Assembly (NCBI GenBank): GCA_963707955.1
Contig: OY970176.1
Location: 1,856,001 to 1,920,000 of the forward strand
Direction of reading: 5' to 3'
DNA: 64,000 nucleotides
DNA from: Candidatus Bathyarchaeota archaeon
GTDB lineage: Archaea > Thermoproteota > Bathyarchaeia > Bathyarchaeales > Bathycorpusculaceae
Shown: positions 1 to 9,073 of the stretch, in pieces
How the letters are laid out: every line of letters starts with the position of its first letter
Numbering within the stretch: the first letter of the stretch is position 1
Program-made: the position numbers and the translations under genes
Notes under the pieces: generated by a model
Databases searched by the model: none
What the model was told of the DNA's origin: nothing
The model's input: the letters and a program-made list of their open reading frames with translations, nothing else

Positions 1-202
1 TACATTCTTCACAGATCACGAAAACTAGTCTATCAGTGTAATTGAGGCGCGTGCGTCTGGGTTCTGGATTGATTGGGATTGGTTTTTAATATAACGAAAA
101 GTAGATAGAGTCGAAAGTGGTAAAAACCTCAAGGAGAGGCAACTGTTGGCAACCGATCTTGTCTCAAATATCTTGAAGTTTTTAAGAAAAGAGAGAATCA
201 AA

Positions 203-505
203 ATGAAACTGCGGATGATTTCTGATTCGGAATTTTGGCTTGAAGGTCCGTATGGTTTTCTGACTGCCAAGTTCCGCGTGGATAAAGGAAACCATCAAGT
301 ATTGTATGATCTTTTCTCGCCAAAATACGATGTACATTTGAAAGAAGAGGCCCTCAGAGACGTTGAAAAACTAGATCTAATCGTGGAAGAAAGAGGAAAA
401 TGGGATTATGAAAAATCTATTGAAGGTTTGTGGCTAGTTCTAGATTGTGTCAATCTTTGGGCGCAGGAAAACAGGTTCAGTGTCAAAGAAAAAGACTTAA
501 CCTAA
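203..505 (+). CDS. hypothetical protein (~100 aa)
   Basis: Open frame 146-505; ATG at 203 preferred; globular-looking composition; no family recognised. Confidence 0.55.
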   Translation: MKLRMISDSEFWLEGPYGFLTAKFRVDKGNHQVLYDLFSPKYDVHLKEEALRDVEKLDLIVEERGKWDYEKSIEGLWLVLDCVNLWAQENRFSVKEKDLT

Positions 506-569
506 TAGAACACTAGGGCGCGCGCGGAAGACCAGAAGAAGTATCAGAAGAGGCCTCACATAGAAACGG

Positions 570-680
570 TTTATTGATTCAACAGCAGCAGTCTCGCCAC
601 CTGGCGTATGAAGAATGAGGTCCAGACCCAGTTTCGGATCAAGGTGATGTGTCGCATTCATGAAACCAATCTTGTCATTG
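570..680 (-). pseudogene. internal fragment of SDH/S49-family Clp-fold serine protease
   Basis: NDKIGFMNATHHLDPKLGLDLILHTPGGETAAVESI resembles the family motif (GFMNAIHGLD..LDLILHTPGG..A.ESI); no start and no C-terminal half. Confidence 0.65.
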
Positions 681-693
681 TAGCGCGCGCATG

Positions 694-1524
694 CTAAGTT
701 TTCTGGTTCCCCGTCTTGGGGTCTTTCTTGCTTGTGTCTTTGACGATTTCTTTGAAGCCGTACATGCCGATTGGTGGCCATCCTGCTTCTGGCATCGATG
801 ATGGAACGAGCATTATTGTGTTTGTGCTGGATTGCTGTCCAATTTCGTAGAGGATGTTCATCCACCTCAGCCTTAAAGCTTCGTGGCTTGTTTCGTAGAG
901 GTTTGCAGCTTTAATCATCATCTGTGCCGCTTCAAATTCTGCCGTCGCCAATGTAACTCTTGCTCTTCTCTCACGTTCGGCCTGTGCTTGTCTTGACATG
1001 GCATCTTGAAGCACCTGAGGAATGCCGACGTCCCTGATTTCAACCGACGTCACCTTTATTCCCCAAGCCTCTGTCTTTGAATCGATTATTCCTCTAGCGA
1101 TTGACCCGACTTTCTCTCTTTCAGTAAGCACTTCATCAAAGCTTGCCTGCCCGATAACCTCTCTCAGCGTCGTCTGTGCGGCAAAGTCGGTGGCGTCTCT
1201 AAAACTCTCTGCGCCCAACACAACCTTCTGCAGGTCTACAGGTTGGAAGTACATGACGGCGTCCACAACCACAGGCACGTTATCCTTAGTCAGAGTCTGC
1301 TCGGTCTTGAAGGAAACCACCTGAAGCCTGGTTGATATGACGAAGGGCACTCGGCTTATGATTGGTGGCACGTAGATTACTCCCGGGCCTTTGAGTCCTT
1401 TGTATCTGCCCAAAGTGAGTAGTGGAGCCCTTTCCCACTCTTTCAAAACTCTAATGCCGCTCAGAAGAATTATCAGCACTATGAGGAGAACAAAAAGCTC
1501 TATCGCCAAAGTCACTGGATCCAT
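694..1524 (-). CDS. SPFH/band-7 stomatin-like protein
   Basis: N-terminal TM helix, LTKDNVPVVVDAV, AQTTLREVIG, AMSRQAQAERERRA; directly downstream of nfeD. Confidence 0.93.
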   Translation of the reverse strand: MDPVTLAIELFVLLIVLIILLSGIRVLKEWERAPLLTLGRYKGLKGPGVIYVPPIISRVPFVISTRLQVVSFKTEQTLTKDNVPVVVDAVMYFQPVDLQKVVLGAESFRDATDFAAQTTLREVIGQASFDEVLTEREKVGSIARGIIDSKTEAWGIKVTSVEIRDVGIPQVLQDAMSRQAQAERERRARVTLATAEFEAAQMMIKAANLYETSHEALRLRWMNILYEIGQQSSTNTIMLVPSSMPEAGWPPIGMYGFKEIVKDTSKKDPKTGNQKT

Positions 1525-1599
1525 TCAAAACCACCTGATCTGGAGAGAATGTTCTTCACTTATTAATTTTGTCATGCTTAAACGAAGCAGCCTGCAGCC

Positions 1600-2940
1600 C
1601 TATTTCTTGGATTCGTTTGAAGGTTCCACATCAGTTTTCTCGACTATGAGAACTAGATCCTGCAGAGATTTGACCCTTACACACTCGCCCTTCTGAATGT
1701 CACCTGAAGCTGACTTGGCTCTCCACACGAATCCTGCGACTCTCACTTCCCCGTCAGGCTTCAGATCTGTCACCGCCATTCCGGCCTTTCCAATAATCGC
1801 TTCAGGTCCAGTTAGCTTGGTCTTACGTAGTATGGGGCCTATCATCCATCTGAAGTAGAGTCCCGCGACAACCCCGAAGACCACGACCAGAAACAGTTCG
1901 AGCTCTGTCACGTTTGTGATAGGCGACGGCGAATAATTCAATCCCTGCGCCAAGTAATATATTCCAAATGCCCCGACAGCTACACCGGCTATCATGGCGA
2001 AACCGTGTCCAAGCTTGAGTTCGAGCACGATTAGAACTGCTGCAATGGCTAGAATTGCATAGCCAAGAACTGAGGCTCCGATGACTTCTGCGCCTATCAG
2101 CCCCGTGATTATTCCAAAGATCCCCGCTATAGTGAGAATGATCGTCGGATGGTAAATGTCAAGCACGATCGCCACTATTCCCAGCAGAATAAGGATTCCA
2201 TCGAGTGTGGGGTTGCTCAAGGCGCTTATGAACTGATCGTACAAGGATTCGTTGCGCGTGACCTGAGGCGCTCCTGTCAACCCAACATCATTTATTACAT
2301 CATTCAATGAACCTGCAGAACCATCCGCAACGTGGTATGCCACTGCCTCATTCGCCGAGAAAGCCTCATCCTGCTGAACCATATTATATGCAGCCGTGCT
2401 GTTTCGCCCCCATTTTTCGGCGAGGCTGATCATCAAAGAAAGCATTGCAGCCTGCGTATGGTTCTGCTCCAAATCCGTTCCCCCAACAACGATCGGAGTG
2501 CTAGGTCCGATGGCGGAGCCCGTTGCCATGAAAATCTTGTTAGTTGCCATCGCGATGTAGCTTCCAGCGGAGGCTGCTAACCCGTTAGGCACGACGAAAG
2601 TGTAGCTAGGTATGCCAGACTGATTCGCGCGAGTTATCGAGCCTATAATCGAAACCATATCGCTCAACAAACCGCCTGGAGTGTTCATCTGAAATACGAT
2701 CGCAGAAGCATCCTGCTGAATAGCATAACTAACCGCACTGTCAACGAAACCTGAAGAACCAGGATCAACAGGGACATCAAAATTGACTACTACAACTGGG
2801 CCTAATGTTCCCTCAGCATGCCCTTTCATGATTACTCCAAAAAGACAACCTACAACCTCAAGAAAAAGCAGGGCGTAAAACAGGCCGAAGCGCAGACGCG
2901 CCTTCAAGTAAGTGTAACTCCTTTTCCAAGTTTGGAACAA
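1600..2940 (-). CDS. nfeD: NfeD membrane-bound ClpP-class serine protease
   Basis: MNTPGGL, AASAGSYI, multi-TM core, C-terminal OB-fold (TDLKPDGEVRVAG..WRA). Confidence 0.92.
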   Translation of the reverse strand: MFQTWKRSYTYLKARLRFGLFYALLFLEVVGCLFGVIMKGHAEGTLGPVVVVNFDVPVDPGSSGFVDSAVSYAIQQDASAIVFQMNTPGGLLSDMVSIIGSITRANQSGIPSYTFVVPNGLAASAGSYIAMATNKIFMATGSAIGPSTPIVVGGTDLEQNHTQAAMLSLMISLAEKWGRNSTAAYNMVQQDEAFSANEAVAYHVADGSAGSLNDVINDVGLTGAPQVTRNESLYDQFISALSNPTLDGILILLGIVAIVLDIYHPTIILTIAGIFGIITGLIGAEVIGASVLGYAILAIAAVLIVLELKLGHGFAMIAGVAVGAFGIYYLAQGLNYSPSPITNVTELELFLVVVFGVVAGLYFRWMIGPILRKTKLTGPEAIIGKAGMAVTDLKPDGEVRVAGFVWRAKSASGDIQKGECVRVKSLQDLVLIVEKTDVEPSNESKK

Positions 2941-3134
2941 TCCCTTCTAGACAGCAGCAGTGTCCCTGTTCGAAAGCGCAGGCCCAAAAACGCGGAGGCT
3001 ACGTTCGGACCGAGCATATCAAGTCGCCCAATGTTTTCACCCTGCCAAAAGGGTACTGCAGATATAAAGCTTAAGGTGCACGCGCGGTGGTTGGCTGGAG
3101 TAGAGTTTCGCCCAAACCCAAAACGAACTGAATA

Positions 3135-3455
3135 TTACTCTACCTGGAAGACGTTTCCGCATTTTGTGCATTTGATGCTACGTTTCTCGGTTACTTTGAC
3201 GTAGAACAGAAGATAACCACAAGATGGGCACTTGATAGCCTGTCTCTTGTCACTTGCTGGTTCAGTTCTTGCTGCTGGCTCCGTCCTAGCCGCTGGTTCA
3301 GTTCTTGCTGCTGGCTCCGTCCTAGCCGCTGGTTCAGTTCTTGCTGCTGGCTCCGTCCTAGCCGCTGGTTCAGTTCTTGCTGCTGGCTCCGTCCTAGCAC
3401 CTGGATCCGTTCTGGCCTCTGGTTCCCATTTACTCGCTTGAACCTTTCTTGCCAA
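3135..3455 (-). CDS. small protein: TEPAAR tandem repeats plus C-terminal CxxC..CxxC zinc ribbon
   Basis: TTG start after GGGATGAG; in-frame repeats; KCPSCGYLLF...IKCTKCG. Confidence 0.7.
   Translation of the reverse strand: MARKVQASKWEPEARTDPGARTEPAARTEPAARTEPAARTEPAARTEPAARTEPAARTEPAARTEPASDKRQAIKCPSCGYLLFYVKVTEKRSIKCTKCGNVFQVE
3256..3417. repeat. 18-bp tandem repeat organised as a 36-bp A/B dimer x4 plus one degenerate unit
   Basis: GCTGGTTCAGTTCTTGCT alternating with GCTGGCTCCGTCCTAGCC over 3256-3399, then CCTGGATCCGTTCTGGCC. Confidence 0.97.
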
Positions 3456-3539
3456 TTAACTCATCCCGACTATGCGACTTCAAAACATCTGCCGCTTTTA
3501 TGTTTTCCTGATCTTTCAACCTCCGCGCTAGCGCGTTGC
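3451..3539 (-). repeat. 89-bp dispersed repeat, copy 1 (promoter/leader of the zinc-ribbon repeat gene)
   Basis: Reverse complement matches 21042-21130 with 4 mismatches (aligned by eye). Confidence 0.93.
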
Positions 3540-3607
3540 GCGCGCCATTTTTAGCTCCTCCAGCCCCGAGTATTATCTTCCACATACTGGGGTCGAAGTG
3601 TGGCCAA

Positions 3608-6130
3608 CTATGATTCATACCACAATATCTGTCTGGCTTCCAGGGGTATCGCAGCCCCACCAAAATAGGGAATGATGCGTGGCGTATAGTCTTCTGCTGA
3701 CCGACGGGCCGGGATACGGGCACGATAGAGATAGCTATTCGCTGTTCCGGCAGCCTCAGCTACCTCCATGACATGAATTTCGGATTCTCCGTTACCCTGT
3801 GGCTCGGCGAATAGCTGGACCTGCACTGCCTTCGGATCAAGCTTATCAAGATACGCTTCTACCGTCATAATATATTCGTCACCTTCTCTCTGCACACCCA
3901 GCCTTTCGAAGTGTAATTTCTGCCAATGCGTCTCCAGTAACTCTCGCCAGTGGCATAAGCGTACTGACTCATTTGCCCCGTCGGCAGAGCGCTTATGATA
4001 GTTCTTGGCAGCAGTGAGGTATAGTCTATCGACATACTCTCGCAGCATTCGGTTCGTACTGAATTGCGGGGTGAGCTCAGCCATACTCGTCCGCATGCGT
4101 GCTATCCAACCGGTGGGGATGCCTCGGCCATCACGTTCATAGAAGCACGGAATAATCTCCTCCTCGAGGAGACGATAGGTCTCTTCCGCCTCTTGAGCAT
4201 CCCAGTTAAGGTCATCACCATGCTCCTGCCCATCGCCTATAGCCCAGCCAACCTCGGCCCGGTAAGCTTCTGCCCACCACCCATCCCGCTCCGATAAGTT
4301 TAAGCCACCGTTTACCAGAACCTTCATGCCACTAGTACCGCAAGCCTCCCAAGGGCGGCGGGGTGTGTTTATCCAAAGGTCCACGCCTTGTACCAACTGC
4401 TCGGCCAGAGCCATATCGTAGTCAGAGAGGAAGACTACCTTGTCTTGCACATCGGAACGAAGCGAATACTCCCACCAAGCTCGTACCAAGGCTTTGCCTT
4501 CTTCATCGTGAGGGTGGGCTTTACCGGCAATAACGAGTTGAACAGGCCGATGAGGGTTGTTCAGTATTCTGCTTAGCCGATCGGGATCATGGAGCAATAG
4601 ATTTGGTCGTTTGTATGCGGTGAAGCGCCGGGCAAAACCCATTGTGAGAACGCTAGGGTCCAGTAGTTGGTTGGACTGCTTTATGAGTTGCACCGAGGCA
4701 CCTGCTCTCGCTAGCTGACGGCCAAGACGTGCACGTACGTAATGGATCAGTTGCTCTGCTTCTTCCATGCGTAGTTGCCACAACGACTCGTCAGTTATCT
4801 TCTTCAAATCGTCTTTAATCGTATCCATGGTATTTAGCCAACGCTCTTTCCCGCAGGCATTGGTCCAGGTCGTATCGGCCGTTGCAGAGTCCCATGACGG
4901 CATGTGAACACCGTTGGTAACGTGGGTGATTGGTACCTCGCCCTTGGGCCAGCGAGGGAATAATGGTTGGAAAATGCGCCGGTTTACCTCGCCATGAAGA
5001 CGGCTGACACCGTTGACCACTCCTGAACCCCGCATAGCCAGAAAGGCCATGTTGAGTGGTTCCTGTGAGTTGGCAGGATCCTGGCGACCTAACGCTAGAA
5101 GACCGCCCAATCCAATACCCAGTTGATCCGCATAATTTGCCAGATAACGGCTGACCAGTTCTGGTGAGAATCGATCGAAACCCGCCTCAACAGGTGTATG
5201 CGTGGTAAAGATGTTGCCCGCACGAGTTGCGGCCAAAGCCACCTTGAAAGGCTGATGTTCACTCAACATAAAGCTGCGCGCCCGCTCGACCACAGCTAGT
5301 GCCGCATGTCCCTCATTCAGGTGACATACTTCAGGTTGAATACCAATGGCATCAAGCAGTCGCCAGCCTCCGATCCCCAACACAATCTCTTGCTGCAGGC
5401 GCAGTTCCGGTCCTCCACCGTAGAGCTCGCTGGTAATCCCGCGGTCAGGGGGACTGTTGATGGGATCATTACTGTCCAGGAGATACAGCTTCACCCGTCC
5501 CACTATAGCTTTCCAGGCACGCAACCACAAGGCGCCACCGGGAAAATCTATCCTTATCCGGAGCCACTCTCCATTCTGGTCGCGTACTGGCATAACTGGA
5601 AGCTGGCCAGGGTCGTTGTAGGGGTAAAACTCGGTCTGGTCGCCACGGGCATCTACTGTTTGACGGAAATAGCCCTGCTGGTAGAGAAGACCCACTCCAA
5701 CTACTGGAACGCCCAGGTCACTGGCCGCCTTGAGATAATCACCCGCCAGAATCCCGAGACCGCCCGAGTAAATCGGCAGAGCTTCACCAAGCCCATACTC
5801 CATGCAGAAATAGGCTACTTTTAGTGTCGATTGAGAATGAGTCTGTTGAAACCAAGCCTTTTCTTCAATCGCCTCGCGATGTTCTTCCACAAGTTCATCC
5901 ATCAGTCCCCGGAAAGTGAAATCGGTCGCCAGTGCGTTAAGGCGATTCGCTTTAACTGTTTGAAGCAGAAGCCATGGGTTAGAGGTCATACTCCATAATT
6001 CTGGATCAATGTATTTCCATAGCTTGTCAGCGGCGTGATTCCATGACCAGCGAAGATCGAGGGCTAACTCGGCGAGTCCTTCTAGTCCTTCCGGCAGGGC
6101 AGGTAACAGACAATTGCTCGATACAGTCAT
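3608..6130 (-). CDS. glgP: alpha-glucan (glycogen) phosphorylase
   Basis: YSGGLGILAGD, HLNEGH, ARRFTAYKRP, AGKAHP, PLP-lysine motif EACGTSGMK. Confidence 0.96.
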   Translation of the reverse strand: MTVSSNCLLPALPEGLEGLAELALDLRWSWNHAADKLWKYIDPELWSMTSNPWLLLQTVKANRLNALATDFTFRGLMDELVEEHREAIEEKAWFQQTHSQSTLKVAYFCMEYGLGEALPIYSGGLGILAGDYLKAASDLGVPVVGVGLLYQQGYFRQTVDARGDQTEFYPYNDPGQLPVMPVRDQNGEWLRIRIDFPGGALWLRAWKAIVGRVKLYLLDSNDPINSPPDRGITSELYGGGPELRLQQEIVLGIGGWRLLDAIGIQPEVCHLNEGHAALAVVERARSFMLSEHQPFKVALAATRAGNIFTTHTPVEAGFDRFSPELVSRYLANYADQLGIGLGGLLALGRQDPANSQEPLNMAFLAMRGSGVVNGVSRLHGEVNRRIFQPLFPRWPKGEVPITHVTNGVHMPSWDSATADTTWTNACGKERWLNTMDTIKDDLKKITDESLWQLRMEEAEQLIHYVRARLGRQLARAGASVQLIKQSNQLLDPSVLTMGFARRFTAYKRPNLLLHDPDRLSRILNNPHRPVQLVIAGKAHPHDEEGKALVRAWWEYSLRSDVQDKVVFLSDYDMALAEQLVQGVDLWINTPRRPWEACGTSGMKVLVNGGLNLSERDGWWAEAYRAEVGWAIGDGQEHGDDLNWDAQEAEETYRLLEEEIIPCFYERDGRGIPTGWIARMRTSMAELTPQFSTNRMLREYVDRLYLTAAKNYHKRSADGANESVRLCHWRELLETHWQKLHFERLGVQREGDEYIMTVEAYLDKLDPKAVQVQLFAEPQGNGESEIHVMEVAEAAGTANSYLYRARIPARRSAEDYTPRIIPYFGGAAIPLEARQILWYES

Positions 6131-6153
6131 GACAGTCTCCTTACTATTTATCC

Positions 6154-7061
6154 TTACGCGCGCGCGAACTCCGCCATCAAGATCTTGATCCGTTCAGCCA
6201 TTTCTAAAGCCTTTTTGAAGGGTCGTTGCCAAAGATTTCTTCCAAATACCAGACCAGTTGCGCCTGCTTCTAAAGAGATTCTGACCTTTTCTAGGAGTTC
6301 GCCGTCTCCCATTTCTTCTCCCCCAGATATTAGCACCATCGTTTTTCCTGCGGACTTTATTACTCTTTCAAGGGCTTCCTTTGCGTTAAGCTGGAGCGTG
6401 TCGTACGGCTTAGGATACAGTCGACTTCTCTCTTTGTCATATTCGGGAATGTTTATTTTAACCATGTCAGCGCCCAGTTCGTTGGCCACTCGTGCTGCAT
6501 AGTCAACAGCGTAAACGCTATCCCTACCGCCCTTAGCTTCAATCGCCTCGCCTCTTGGATAGGCCCAAACAATAAGGGGCACGCCAAACCTTTGACTATC
6601 CTCTCTAATTTTTGCGAATTGAATGAAATCTTTATCTTGGGCCGGTGAGCCCACAAACAAGGTATATCCAACGGCGTCAGCGCCCAGTCGGACTGCATCC
6701 TCTACTGAGGCGGTTTGAGGTGAAAAGGCATGAGTATCTGGAGGGATTGATGTTTTTCCATTCAGTTTAAGAATCAAAGGGATTTCGCCAGTGAATTCCT
6801 TCATGTATTTTCAGCCAGCCCAATGTGCAAGACTATGGCTGAAAAACTTCCCTCTTTTGCCAATCTCAACTGGTAGGCAGGATCAACGCTTTCTGGATTT
6901 GCAAAAAAATCTCTCGGGCCATGCTCCAATCCATGATCAATTGGCAGAATAAGCGCCATTCCGTTACCCACTCCATGCTCATACAAGATTCGATAAAGCC
7001 TAGTCCTCTTACCAAGATTAAGGTTCAAATCTTTAAGCAAAGGTCTCTTAACTTGAACCAT
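6154..7061 (-). pseudogene. class I (DhnA-type) fructose-bisphosphate aldolase, frameshifted near 6805
   Basis: Two ORFs (6801-7061 with [11 protein letters not shown]; 6154-6804 with WAYPRG, LGADMVK, GLVFGRN); one extra A in GAA AAT AC restores the frame. Confidence 0.85.
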
Positions 7062-7470
7062 TGTCCAAACCGGCTATATTGTGTAGGTCTTCGCATTATA
7101 AGTTTGACGTCCTAGCTTCACAAATCGAACTCATGCGAAGCACATGCTCTTAAAGAAACCTCAATATCAAAGCCGATTTTTGGATTCAGAACAGAGGAGA
7201 CACTCTCAGATTGGTTAGCATGCCAGCGCGTGCGTTGAATAGGGTGGAAAAAGCCAAGCCATAACATTACTCGCAAGATGAGCAGAGACTAAACACAAAA
7301 ATGTAATTTAGCAACAGACTGGCGCGCAATAAGTAGTGTGAAATCAGACTTTGAGAGTGGAAACAATTGGCTCTAATTCTGAGAAACTAATAAATTGGTC
7401 TCTGCCGTACCTGAATGTTAAGGCGTCAGATTTGGTTACTGAAAGGGGAATACATTTTCACGGATGCCAG

Positions 7471-8715
7471 ATGGCAACCACTAATTCCGTGAAACAGCAC
7501 AAACTGAGGAAACTCATGGCGTGGTTGTCAGACAAAGAGGGAAGGGGAATGGAGTTCATCTCGCTCTACATACCTCGGGAGAAATCAATAGATGAGATAG
7601 TCGCAATGCTCAAGGAGGAGTCTGATTCTGTTGTCATGAAATCTGAGAGCGTTAGGGATCGCCTTCAAGACGCTCTCAAGATTGTAATTCAGCGCTTGAA
7701 GCTGCAGAAGGAAATTCCAGAGAATGGGCTCGCAATATTTGCCGGAACCTACGCCGCGAACGATCCGAAAAGCGAAGTTTTGAACGTTGAAGAGCTCGTC
7801 CCACCAGAGCCGATTACCGCCTGTCTTTACGAGGTTGACGACCATTTTCGGTTAGAGCCGCTGAGGGAAATGCTGAGAGACCAAAGAGTTGTGGGGCTTG
7901 TCGCCATAGATTCAAAGGAGGCTAGCTTTGGGATACTCGACGGTGAACGCCTCGAATTAATTGAAAATATCACGTCGGGGATTCCAGGAAAGTCTGGAAA
8001 GGGCGGGATGAGCCAAAGGAGGTACGAAAGAGAACGAGATATGGAACTCACACAATATTTCCACAGGGTTGCGGAGCACGCAGCAAAGGCATTTCTCGAA
8101 AACCATAAAGTCACGGTGTTGATAGTTGGAGGACCTGGTCCAACGAAAGAGGATTTCTTAAAGGGTGATTACCTTCATTATGAGCTAAAGAATGCGCTTC
8201 TTTCCATAGTTGATACGCAATCCGCCGGCAGAGAAGGGGTGAGAGAGGTGCTTGGCAAATCATCTGAGGCACTGAAGAATATGTGTGCGCCAGAGCAGAA
8301 GAGGACCGTGCAGCGCCTTCTGGCAGATGTGGGCAAGCAAGACGGTTTGGCTATTTGCGGCCTAGATTCAGTGTTGAACGCGCTTAAGAATGGTGAAGTA
8401 GAAGTTGTACTAGTGACAGATAGTACAGATATGATTGAAATTGTTGTAATGTGCAAAAGATGCGAACTGTCAAGGGCGAAGATAGTGGATAAGGAGAAGA
8501 AGGTTCAAACTGTACAGGAAATGATATCGCGCCCATGCGAGAAGTGCAACGCGGTTGAATTCGAGGTGGAGGAGAAGGACATAATAGATGTCTTAGAGGA
8601 TGTGGCTTCACAGACAGACGCAAGGGTTGAGGTGATATCTTCAGAGTCGGAAGAAAAAGCAAAGCTCACAGCTTTGGGAGGCTTTGCCGCTCTCTTGAGA
8701 TACAGACCTAGATAA
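7471..8715 (+). CDS. aRF1/eRF1 peptide-chain release factor paralog with degenerate motifs
   Basis: GRGMEFISLYIP, PENGLAIF, PPEPI, GGPGPTK, Zn-ribbon minidomain, GGFAALLRY; GGQ->GGM, NIKS->VMKS. Confidence 0.92.
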   Translation: MATTNSVKQHKLRKLMAWLSDKEGRGMEFISLYIPREKSIDEIVAMLKEESDSVVMKSESVRDRLQDALKIVIQRLKLQKEIPENGLAIFAGTYAANDPKSEVLNVEELVPPEPITACLYEVDDHFRLEPLREMLRDQRVVGLVAIDSKEASFGILDGERLELIENITSGIPGKSGKGGMSQRRYERERDMELTQYFHRVAEHAAKAFLENHKVTVLIVGGPGPTKEDFLKGDYLHYELKNALLSIVDTQSAGREGVREVLGKSSEALKNMCAPEQKRTVQRLLADVGKQDGLAICGLDSVLNALKNGEVEVVLVTDSTDMIEIVVMCKRCELSRAKIVDKEKKVQTVQEMISRPCEKCNAVEFEVEEKDIIDVLEDVASQTDARVEVISSESEEKAKLTALGGFAALLRYRPR

Positions 8716-9073
8716 AGTGGAATGAGAATCGCGAGAACCTTTTCCGGGCGTTTTATCTGGGAACATTTAACTCCGAAACGGGGTCAGAGTTTTGAGATCG
8801 ATCGATTGGAATACGAGTTTATCCGGGAGTCTGGAGAGCTCCTCGCAGGCCTTTGGTGTATGGGGCACTTGATTTAAACAGGTGAAGCGTGTTAGAAGGC
8901 GACGATGAACTCGACGAATGACGATCCAGACGAAAAGAACGAAGCGCAAGAGGAATCTGAGGCGATAGAGCAGGAGCATGAGGTGGACGCCGCTGGAGAT
9001 GTCAAGCCAGTGGAGCGCGCGCGTCAAAAGGATAAAAGTAACAAAATCACATAAATCTTGATGAAGCTGGATC

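Noticed and set aside
3256-3417. CRISPR array
   Set aside because: The units are directly tandem with no unique spacers, are in-frame coding, and have no cas genes nearby.
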